This document shows positions 7,119 through 15,958 of a stretch of 32,000 nucleotides of DNA, in pieces (within the stretch, counting starts at the first letter, position 1; every line of letters starts with the position of its first letter). The position numbers and the translations under genes are program-made. Where the stretch lies: contig NZ_CP010546.1 in the NCBI RefSeq assembly GCF_001272835.1, positions 332,809-364,808 on the forward strand. The letters run 5' to 3'. The stretch comes from Mycoplasmoides pneumoniae FH. Its GTDB lineage: Bacteria; Bacillota_I; Bacilli_A; Mycoplasmatales; Mycoplasmoidaceae. Under the pieces are notes generated by a model that had not been told where the DNA came from, did not search any database, and worked only from the letters and a program-made list of their open reading frames with translations.

Positions 7119-8861
7119 TAATAAAAGTTAGTTCAGCAAACCACAAACTGATCCCACTTCTCCCCCACGCTTACGCGCTTCTCCACCGGGTTCAACCTCG
7201 CGGGGTCGGTTCTCGACCAGGTGTTGGATTATATTCCCTGGATTGGGAATGGGCACAGGTATGGGAATGACCACCGGGGGAGCAACAGTAGTACGAGTGG
7301 GGTAACAACCCAGGGACAACAATCGCAAAATGCATCCGGAACCGAACCCGCACCCACTTTTTCGAATGTCGGCGTTGGCCTCAAAGCGAATGTCCAGGGC
7401 ACCCTGGGTGGCAGTCAGACGACGACTACGGGGAAAGATATTCCCAAATGACCCACCCTCGACCAAGCCAACCTCCAGCTCTGAACGGGGGCGGGGTGGC
7501 GGAATGATAAGGTTTCAAGTGGACAAAGTGACGAAAACCACACCAAGTTCACGAGCGCTACGGGCAGTGGGCAGCAGGGCAGTTCTTCAGGTACAACTAA
7601 TTCCGCGGGCAATCCCGACTCGTTAAAGCAGGATAAGGTTGATAAAAGTGGTGATTCGGTAACGGTTGCAGAAGCCACTTCAGGGGACAACTTGACGAAT
7701 TACACCAACCTCCCTCCCAACCTCACCCCCACCGCTGATTGACCGAACGCGCTGTCATTCACCAACAAGAACAACGCGCAGCGCGCCCAGCTCTTCCTCC
7801 GCGCCCTGTTGGGCAGCATCCCGGTGTTGGTGAATAAGAGTGGCCAAGATGATTCCAACAAGTTCCAAGCCACCGACCAAAAATGGTCTTACACCGAATT
7901 AAAGTCGGATCAAACCAAGCTCAACCTCCCCGCTTACGGTGAGGTGAATGGGTTGTTGAATCCGGCGTTGGTGGAGGTGTACGGTCTGAGTTCCACTCAA
8001 GATTCTAGCACCGGAGCCGGTGGCGCTGGAGGTAACACCGGAGGCGACACCAATACCCAGACTTATGCACGACCCGGAATCGGCTTTAAATTACCCTCCA
8101 CGGACTCGGAATCTTCCAAAGCCACCCTGATCACCCCCGGGTTGGCTTGAACAGCGCAAGATGTCGGTAACCTCGTTGTCAGTGGTACCAGCTTGAGCTT
8201 CCAGCTCGGCGGGTGGTTGGTTACCTTCACGGATTTTATCAAACCCCGGTCGGGTTACCTCGGGCTCCAGTTAACGGGCTTGGATGCAAATGACAGCGAC
8301 CAAAGGGAGTTAATTTGAGCCCCCCCGGCCCTGAACCGCCTTTCGTGGCAGTTGGGTCAACCGCTTGGGCTGCGTCGAGAGTGTGTGGGATTTCAAGGGG
8401 GTGTGGCAGGATCAAGCTCGGTCCGACTCGCAAGCAGCTACAAGTACCACCACCGCAACGAAGGCTACCTTATCGGAGCACACCAATGCTTTGGCCTTTC
8501 AGGTGAGTTATACCGACCAGGATTCGTACAAGGCTTCCACTCAAAGCTCCGGCCAAAACCAAAACACCTCCCCCTACCTGCACTTGGTGCAGGGAAAAAA
8601 GTAGGTTCCTCTGATAAGCTTTCAGACGATCTTAAAAAACTGTTGGACCCCAACGAGGTTCGCGCCAAGCTGCGCCAAAGCTTTGGTACAGAAAATTCTA
8701 CCCAACCCCAACCTAAAGCCCTCAAAACAACCACACCGGTATTTGGGACGAATAGTGGTAACCTCGGCAGTGTGCTTGGTGGTGGGGGTACCACGCAGGG
8801 CTCAGGCTCAGGTCAATCTGGTGTGGATCTCTCCCCCGTTGAACGGGTGAGTGGTCACTAA
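7119..8861 (+). repeat. RepMP2/3 cassette: P1-adhesin-like open frame without its own ATG (silent recombination donor; MPN_286-like)
   Basis: It reads ..[37 protein letters not shown]...[41 protein letters not shown]...[19 protein letters not shown]...[10 protein letters not shown], matching my recollection of the central part of P1. The region is markedly GC-rich compared with its flanks. Frame 0 is open for 581 codons under code 4. The first candidate start is GTG at 7221. Confidence 0.85.
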
Positions 8862-9242
8862 CTATTAATAGGAACTTTTCTTATTAATAGGAACTTTTAC
8901 TTTCAAAAAATTTTTGAAGTTATTTTGGCACTTTCAAACTTTAAAGACCATTTAAAAGGCATAAAAGGATAGTTATGTTTTTAAGAAATATTTTGCGATT
9001 CAGTTCGCTTTTGGTTTTGTTTGGTTTTGAGTCTTTTCTTTTGAATGTTCAAAAATTCTTTGAATTAATTTTTGGCAACTTTTCCAATTTATGCAAATTT
9101 ACATGATGTAAAACACTCACGATGATAGTTTTTAAAAAATATTTATTTTATTTAGATAGCCAAATAATCCAGTGATCTGTTGCTGCCCACCTCTTTAAAC
9201 ACTTTTACGTTTTTCCAATTAATAATAAAGGAGGTCTTCACC
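8859..9242 (+). repeat. Repeated DUF16 leader, copy C, with a local tandem duplication
   Basis: TAACTATTAATAGGAACTTTT is directly duplicated, then followed by ACTTTCAAAAAATTTTTGAAGTTATTTTGGCAC as at 1687. It ends in AAAGGAGG (9228-9234). Confidence 0.45.
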
Positions 9243-9704
9243 ATTAAACGCACAATTTCACTTACTTTGTTTAAGAAAAGACTCAACAAAGATAAGATTA
9301 ATAATTGTCATGTTTGGGAAGAAGAGTTACCTGATGGTAGCTATGACATGGGATTTAGTGACAATTTAAACCATATGGAAAAACGAAAAAGTGGTTATGT
9401 TACCCAAAAGCAGTTTAGCGAGTTCAAAGATGCCAATAATCAAAGGCTGATAAAGATTGAAACTACTTTAGCTACTCAAGGTGAACAATTAAATCAATTA
9501 ATTAAAGTTGTTATTCTTCAGGGCGAACAAATTAAAGAACTTCAAGTGGAGCAAAAAGCTCAAGGAGAACAAATAAAAGCTAAAGGAGAACAAATAAAAG
9601 CTCAAAGCGAGCAAATAAAAACTCAAGGAGAAACGCTTAAATTGATCCTACAAGCACTTGGAGGAATAAATAAGCGCTTAGACAAAGTTGATCCGCCTAA
9701 ATAG
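9243..9704 (+). CDS. DUF16/UPF0134 coiled-coil protein (start uncertain: ATT 9243 or upstream TTG 9180)
   Basis: It reads ..SGYVTQKQFSEFKDANNQRLIKIETTLATQGEQLNQLIKVVILQGEQIKELQVEQKAQGEQIKAKGEQIKAQSEQIKTQGE.. and ends at TAG 9702-9704. AGGAGG (9229-9234) lies 8 nt before the in-frame ATT at 9243, the same spacing as the SD-ATG at 2811/2825. The first in-frame ATG is 55 codons downstream of that ATT. Confidence 0.75.
   Translation: MKRTISLTLFKKRLNKDKINNCHVWEEELPDGSYDMGFSDNLNHMEKRKSGYVTQKQFSEFKDANNQRLIKIETTLATQGEQLNQLIKVVILQGEQIKELQVEQKAQGEQIKAKGEQIKAQSEQIKTQGETLKLILQALGGINKRLDKVDPPK
9558..9641 (+). repeat. Four tandem 21-bp units encoding coiled-coil heptads (AQGEQIK-type)
   Basis: The units are GCTCAAGGAGAACAAATAAAA, GCTAAAGGAGAACAAATAAAA, GCTCAAAGCGAGCAAATAAAA and ACTCAAGGAGAAACGCTTAAA. 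Confidence 0.7.
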
Positions 9705-9727
9705 CTTTAGGCTAAAAAATAAAAGTG

Positions 9728-9767
9728 CCAGCAATTAATCTATAAAGGTTAGTTGCTGGTATTTTTA
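9728..9767 (+). terminator. Intrinsic terminator after DUF16 gene 2
   Basis: CCAGCAATT (9728-9736) pairs with AGTTGCTGG (9751-9759), including one G-T, followed by TATTTTTATT. Confidence 0.6.
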
Positions 9768-10082
9768 TTCATTTGAAATAAATAAAAAAGCCATCTGCTC
9801 AAGGCGAAAAGCAGACAACTCAAAAATTTTTTAATGATTTTGAAAACTAACGAAAAGTGTTAGTTTGAGTTGTAAGACAGATATGAATGTTTATTAATTC
9901 AAAAAAATGTTCGTTGCTTAATGAAAGATGTGCTGAAAACCGTAACGGTAAGATAGATTTGTAAAAAGAGTAAAGAACAAAACCATGTACGCAATAACTA
10001 AATTGATGGGAACAGAAAATCAGGCTTTCAACACAGAATTTTCGTTTTCCTGCTCCCAATAAATAAATTGATTTAGTTTTTT
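9762..10082 (-). repeat. Duplicated small minus-strand unit, copy B (contains ORF 9847-10059)
   Basis: Both ends are homologous to 1381-1640. Hairpin 9793-9816 (TCTGCT / AGCAGA) plus a minus-strand T-run (complement of 9784-9789) forms a terminator. Its stem sequence differs from copy A but pairing is kept. Confidence 0.45.
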
Positions 10083-10269
10083 AAATGTGACGTCAAATTT
10101 CAATAAAAAATCAAAATTTCAAACCAAAAACTATAACACACCAAGCTCATTGATTTTAATCTCCAGTTTTTTCTCATTTAAAAAGGATCAAAATTTGTTT
10201 TTAATAGTTTCGATTTTATGTCTTCTTTAATCACTGAATTTTTAGGAATTAAACTTGTTTAATCTTTAT

Positions 10270-10275
10270 TAAGAT
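10270..10275 (+). promoter_or_regulatory. Candidate -10 box (TAAGAT) for lipoprotein paralog 3
   Basis: See 3299-3304: the same conserved TTAAGATT lies about 31 nt upstream of the ATG at 10301. Confidence 0.3.
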
Positions 10276-10300
10276 TTCTCCAAATTTTGGGTTTTAGTGC

Positions 10301-12665
10301 ATGAAATTTAAGTATTGTGCCATCTTTTTCAGTGGCTTTCTAGGTCTTTCTGCCATCTTAGCTGCTTGTGGAGCGCGGGGCAAATTTGATCAAGTTGATG
10401 ATGGCAAGATTAAATTGGCTTTCTCTTTAACTTCAAAAAGTGCATCAAACGCCTTACAAGCAATTGTTAAAAAATATAACGAAGTTAAAAAACCTGGTGA
10501 TTACCATATTGAAATTACCCAAATCGCTGGTGGTTATGATGGTGGTCGTAGCGATTTACAAACCCGAGTCAACGTTAAGGACACCACTAACTTTTACAAC
10601 CTTATCTTGAATTATCCTGACTTAGTTTCTACTTTAGGTCGTGTTGGGATGGAACTACTGTTTGATAAAGTTAATACAGATAAATTATCCGACCGTTTCT
10701 TAGATTTCAATAAACGAATTAGTGCAATTTCTAAACCAGGGATTTACGGTATTCCGGTTTCTTTATCCACCGAAGTTTTATCGATCAACGGACCGGTGTT
10801 GCACTATATTTTGAAAAGTGCAAAAGGTGATAGTGACAATGTTAAAGTAAGTCAAAGGACTGGAGAAACTACTCAAAAAAGTAAAGTAACTAATCCTTTG
10901 AAAATTAATACTCAAAACGATCCTGCTACAAAAGATCTTTGAGAAAAAATAGAAGCTTCTGCAAAAGCTAATGGTAAAAGCAATAAGGATGGACAAACTA
11001 AGGGTAAAAAGAAAGTAGAAAAAAGTTCATCTTCTTCGTTAGTTAATTTAAAGCAGTCTACGGACCAAACAACGACAGATGACGGTTCTCAAAAAAGTGA
11101 TAACAAAATCAAAGAATCTTGAGGCGAATACCAAGAAGTAGATGGTGGTCTTAAAAATTTTGAATTTAAAGCGAGCATCTTCGAAAATTGACATGACTTA
11201 CTTGATTTTTCTACTAGAGTGGCTAAGTCGTTTACAAATGTAAAGGGAAAAGATATCAAAAAGGGAACTGATATCCAAGGTGTACTTGGTGTTGACAGTA
11301 CGCCCAACTCATTATTCACCTCTGTTTTTGCAGCTGGTGGCGGTGATTACAATAATTTCTTCTACAAAATTGAAAACGGCCGTGCTGACTTTAGTAACTT
11401 TAAGAATAAAGGCACTTCCTACCAAAATCTTCAAAAAGTATTTGGTGATTTCAAAGGCTTAATTGACAAAAATGGTATCTTTGTGAATAAGGGTGGATCT
11501 TACTCATCAAACTTTCAAAAGTTCCATCAATTAGCTTACAGTATTTCCTCTACTTCCGGTTTTTTCTATTCGTTTGCCGGTAACAGCGCTAAACGCTTAA
11601 AGTTTGGTGATAACTTTATTGAATTTCCTCGTTTTACTCAGGAAATTAAAGCACCTTCTACTGAAAATGGCGGCCAAAGCAATCTTTTAGGAACCTTTGA
11701 AGTTAAAGATAGCAGTAAATCTAAGGAAGTGAAAAAAAACTAATAGGAAAGAAGATGGTGCTCAAAATCAAGGTAAAAAAGAAAGCGATAAGAAAACCAT
11801 TTACCTTTACAAAAGTCAAATTCCATCAGACAAAACAGAAGGCGAAAATGCCATCTTAATCAAAGAACAAAACGTTATTAATCAGCTAGAACAAGCAGCT
11901 AAAAAAGATGAAAAAGGAGAGACTGTTACAAACAAAGTTGCATCATTAGAAACCAAAGCTGCTAATGCCAAAAAGGATAGTAGTAAAACCATTATTGGTT
12001 ACACCACAACTGATAATGTTCATGAAGACGGTAAAAACATTTTCAAAATTAACAAACTCAAAACTGAAGACTATGATCGTAAGATTATTGTCGGTGCCAC
12101 TGAAGAAGTGTTAGAGCAATCTAGCACATTACAAAGTGATGAAGCAATTGTGTTACCAGCTCCTGGTAAGTATCAAAGTGGTGACGCTAAGAAAGTAACC
12201 ATCACCCAAGGTCCTAATATCATTGGCATTCACGCTAACGAAAAGGAAAACGCCGAAACGCAAAAGTTTGTTAACTGGTTTTTAAACAATACAGAAAGTT
12301 GAGAAGTTAAAAATGGAAAAGATTCCTCCACTAAACAACAAACTGCTGCCGAATTCTTTGCTGAGTCAGCTTCTTATATCTTGCCTTTAAAAGAAATCTT
12401 TGACAAAGATAACAAAAAAGCTACTGAAAATAAGGACAATAATACTAGCAATAAAAAACAAGCTAATACCTATGCTGAAAAGGCGTTAGATTTGTTCCAA
12501 CAAATTAGTAAAGGTGATATAGTTAGTTACAGCGACCCTAGCGATTTTAGAAGTGGTAAATTCCGCGATGGGATTGGCTCTAATTTTAACGCTGCAGTAA
12601 GTTCCAAAGCTGATTTTGACAGGTTTGTTAAAGGCTTCATCGCCACTTTGGGTAGTGAAATTTAA
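10301..12665 (+). pseudogene. Lipoprotein multigene-family member, paralog 3, split by a frameshift in an A8 run
   Basis: It opens MKFKYCAIFFSGFLGLSAILAAC with a lipobox. The first frame runs through TGA-Trp at 10940, 11119 and 11189 to TAA 11741-11743 (..SKEVKKN*). Homology to paralog 2 continues in the next frame from about 11742 (..[25 protein letters not shown]...[18 protein letters not shown]...) through TGA 12300-12302 to TAA 12663-12665. The shift sits at A8 11732-11739. Confidence 0.85.
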
Positions 12666-12754
12666 ACGAATTTGTGAGCTAACTAATCACAATAATTTCA
12701 GGTTAAAACAAAACCTTAAAAATGTTTAATGAAAGAAATTAAATTGTTACTGTT

Positions 12755-13294
12755 GTGCAAATCAAAACTTACAAAATCAAAGATATTTGCGATATTAAAC
12801 GCGGTAGAGTTATCAGCAAACTATATATCAAAAACAATCCAGGCGAATTCCCTGTTTATTCATCGGCTACAGTTAATAATGGTGAAATTGGCAGAATAAA
12901 AGATTGTGATCTTAAGGGTGAGTATGTGACTTGAACAACTGATGGCGCTCAAGCTGGTAGTGTTTTTTATCGTAACGGTCAATTTAACGCAACCAATGTT
13001 TGTGGAATTTTAAAGGTAAATAATGATGAAATTTACCCTAAATTTTTAGCCTATGCGCTTAGATTGAAAGCACCTAAATTTGTAAATTATGCTTGCCCTA
13101 TTCCTAAATTAATGCAAGGAACTTTAGCAGAAATTGAGCTAGATTTCCCAAGCAAGAAAATTCAAGAGAAAATTGCTACTATCTTAGATACTTTTACCGA
13201 GCTAAGCGCCGAGCTAAGCGCCGAGCTAAGAGAGCGAAAGAAGCAGTATGTCTTCTATAGCGATTATTTACTTAACCCAAAAAATTGAAAATAG
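12755..13294 (+). CDS. hsdS: HsdS N-terminal half (one TRD plus central helix, 179 aa), ended by an in-frame TAG
   Basis: The GTG start at 12755 is at the position homologous to 5805. It reads VQIKTYKIKDICDIKRGRVISK...FPVYSSATVNNGEIGRIKDCDLKGEYVTW...[44 protein letters not shown], then TAG 13292-13294. Confidence 0.85.
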
Positions 13295-13432
13295 GAAAAT
13301 AAATATTACAAGCTGGGAGAAATAGCTCAAAAAGTTTTAGTAGGTGGTGAAAAACCTGCTGATTTTAGTAAGAAAAAGAACGAAGTTTATAAATATCCAA
13401 TTCTTTCTAACAGCAGTAAAGCTGAGGAATTT

Positions 13433-13870
13433 TTGGGTTACAGTAAAACTTTTCGAGTTGAAGAAAAATCCATTACGGTAAGTGCTAGAGGCACAATTGG
13501 TGTCGTTTTCTATCGTGATTTTGCTTATTTGCCTGCTGTTAGTTTAATTTGCTTTGTCCCTAAAGAAGAATTTGATATAAGGTTCTTATTCCACGCATTA
13601 AGAGCCATTAAATTTAAAAAGCAAGGCTCTGCAACAGGCCAGTTAACAGTGGCACAATTTAAGGAATATGGTATTCATGTACCTTCGCTGAAAAAACAGA
13701 AAGAAATCACCGCTATCTTAGATCCACTTTACAGCTTTTTTACTGATCTAAACGAAGGTCTTCCTGCTGAAATTGAATTGCGTAAAAAGCAATTGGATTA
13801 CTATCAGAACTTTTTATTTAACTGAATTCAAAAACAAAAAGAACTAGTTGAACAAGCATCCACTAATTAA
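13433..13870 (+). CDS. hsdS: HsdS C-terminal half (second TRD plus C-terminal helix); start uncertain
   Basis: It is in the same frame as 12755-13294. The frame is open immediately after the TAG, from 13295 ([24 protein letters not shown]...). There is no ATG; the first conventional start is TTG at 13433. It ends ..LPAEIELRKKQLDYYQNFLFNWIQKQKELVEQASTN at TAA 13868-13870. Confidence 0.75.
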
Positions 13871-14468
13871 CGGGATCTTTAAGGTAGAGTAGTTCTAAAT
13901 TTTGGGGATTTTCCACTAGTTCAAACCGTTCGATGTTGTTTAGGAATAACTCCTCAATACTGTCGATGTTTTCAAAGTTTTCATATAACGGTAACTCGGT
14001 ATTTGCTTTGCACAGCTTGACAAAATCTGGTTTAGCTAAGAGTGCTATTTCACTCGTAGTTTCGGTAAACAAACCACAGTAGTTCTTTTCATTGCCAGCA
14101 CTAATTTTGCTAATGCCACAGCCATAAGGAATTTGAAGGCGGAGTGAGTTTAAAGCAAAGAGTTGACAGTTAGGGTTTACTGTGCACCAAGTTTTAGCAA
14201 TAATGGCACCAACGCGTTGACCAGTAAAGCTACCCGGTCCAGTGGTTACGTAAAACTGTCTAACAGTGTTATTGCGTACTTTGTTTTTCTTTAACAATTT
14301 TTCCAAGTGATACACAGCCAACTCCGTGAGGTTTTGTTGTACTGGTATTGTTAGTTGATCCACCACAGTATTCGTTTTAAAATCCAACAGTACGATATTG
14401 AGGTGTTTGTAAGCACAGTCCAAAAAGAGCTTGTACTTATTGAAAAAGCGCATAAAGGGAATTAGCAA
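13863..14468 (-). CDS. tsaB: tRNA t6A37 modification protein TsaB (YeaZ-like)
   Basis: The 201-aa ORF carries the GPGSFTGQRVG motif typical of TsaB/YeaZ. An alternative start is Met6 at 14453. It overlaps the hsdS 3' end convergently by 8 nt. Confidence 0.7.
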   Translation of the reverse strand: MLIPFMRFFNKYKLFLDCAYKHLNIVLLDFKTNTVVDQLTIPVQQNLTELAVYHLEKLLKKNKVRNNTVRQFYVTTGPGSFTGQRVGAIIAKTWCTVNPNCQLFALNSLRLQIPYGCGISKISAGNEKNYCGLFTETTSEIALLAKPDFVKLCKANTELPLYENFENIDSIEELFLNNIERFELVENPQNLELLYLKDPVN

Positions 14469-15366
14469 TTTTCAAGTTTAAATTATCTAACTTATCGCTA
14501 AAAGTTTTATCTAACTGTGCTTCAAAACCCATTTCCTTATTCAAAGTGGGGTGGATAAAACTAATTTGTTGCGCGTGTAAATACTGGCCATATTCAGTAG
14601 CTTGCTCACCCTTCAAACCGTATAAGGGATCGTTGTAAACGGGGTGTTTAATAAACTGCAAGTGTACCCTAATTTGGTGAGTTCGTCCGGTTAACAGTTC
14701 ACACTTAATTAAAGCAGCCTTTTCGTTTTGGTTTAACACCGTAAACTTAGTAAAAGCATTCTTGGCCTTGTTAGAACTGTTCCCCACCTTTCACATGACC
14801 TTATTGTTACCCACTCGTTCTAACGGGGCGCTAATGGTACCAGACAAACTGTCTAGGGGAAAATGGACTAAAGCTAAGTAATAACGCTTCATAACCCGTT
14901 GCTGGAGCTGTTTTTGCAAGTGCAGCAAGCTACTTTGGTTTTTCGCTAGCATAATCACACCACTCGTATCACGGTCTAGGCGGTGGACTAAAAACACCGG
15001 TTGGTGGTTGCAGTGAAACAAAGCGGCACCCAGTAAACTTTCACTTTCATTAAAACTAGTCGGGTGGCTAATTAAACCATTGGGTTTATTGACCACCATA
15101 ATTTGCTCATCTTCATATAAGATGTCCAAGGGAAAGTCATAGGGCTGGACTTCAACTGGCACTTTTTCAAACAGTTCCTCACTCCAATTAACGTGTACCC
15201 GGTCTTCTGGTTGCACTAATCAACCATTTTTAGTAATTTTTTTACCGTTAACACTCACCAAACCATCGACAATTAACTTGGCTACTTTAACCCGGGAAAG
15301 GTTGAGTAGTGTGGCCAAAAAGGTATCTAAGCGTTGGGCTGTAGTAACACTAAAAGTTTGTTCCAT
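14437..15366 (-). CDS. rluD: 23S rRNA pseudouridine synthase, RluA family with N-terminal S4 domain (RluD-like), 309 aa
   Basis: The ATG at 15366-15364 opens MEQTFSVTTAQRLDTFLATLLNLSRVKVAKLIVDGLVSVNGKKI (S4-like). The protein also contains ..HRLDRDTSGVIMLAK.. and ..GRTHQIRVHL... Three track ORFs join through TGA-Trp at 15222-15220 and 14793-14791. Confidence 0.85.
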
Positions 15367-15920
15367 TAAGATTTAGTTTGCTTCATTTCTTTGAAGAACT
15401 GAATTAAAAAGGAGAGGAACAGACCAATAAAACTAAAGGTAATGCAACAGTCCGCTAAGTTAAACACGGAATTACCTCCACTAAAGACAAAGTAATCTAG
15501 TACTTCACCACTACCCGAGGTTAACCGATCAAAGAAATTACCAAGTGAACCAAACGCTAAGGTAGTAATTCAAAAGATGTAGTTGTAACTAGTAGAGAAA
15601 ACCAAAAAGAACAGTGCTATGAAAGATAGAAAACCCTGGAGAAAGTAAACAAGTCCTGGTTGGTCTGCCAATAAGCTAAAACCAACCCCCTTGTTACCGA
15701 TAACATAGATACTAATAAAGGAACTGCGAGCTACATCTGTACCATTAGCACCATTAATACCCTTCTCACCATTTAAGGCAGCACGCAGCATAAATACCTG
15801 AAACAAAATGACAAAACCGACAAACAGGATTAAGGCAAGCTTATAGTACAAAAAGGGTTTGCGGTTAGCAAAAAGGATTTGCTTTAGCAATTTTGAAAAA
15901 AAAGTTGGGGCTTTTGCCAT
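15366..15920 (-). CDS. lspA: Lipoprotein signal peptidase II, 184 aa
   Basis: The protein has multiple hydrophobic helices and the motifs GNKGVGFSL, GSLGNFFDR and VLDYFVF. TGA-Trp lies at 15572-15570. The TAA stop shares one base with the rluD-like ATG (TAATG). Confidence 0.85.
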
Positions 15921-15943
15921 CTTGATGAGCTTAATTTTAAAAA

Positions 15944-15951
15944 TGTAAAAT
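15944..15951 (+). promoter_or_regulatory. Candidate -10 (TGTAAAAT) giving a near-leaderless transcript of the DJ-1-like gene
   Basis: TGTAAAAT ends 7 nt before the ATG at 15959. The identical octamer precedes the tRNA cluster at 23788-23795. Confidence 0.35.
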
Positions 15952-15958
15952 AACGGCC

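Noticed and set aside
7128-8794. Multiple ORFs in other frames or strands of the RepMP region: 7128-7466 (-), 7330-7626 (+), 7415-7690 (-), 8239-8433 (-), 8315-8506 (+) and 8465-8794 (-)
   Set aside because: High GC content depletes stop codons in all frames. Only frame 0, plus the shifted segment, follows the P1 sequence. The products are Pro/Arg/Gly-rich nonsense.
1-14000. A mobile element, IS or integrative island as the explanation for the duplicated block
   Set aside because: No transposase, integrase or recombinase ORF appears in any frame under code 4, and there are no terminal inverted repeats. The duplications are better explained as multigene-family or segmental repeats.
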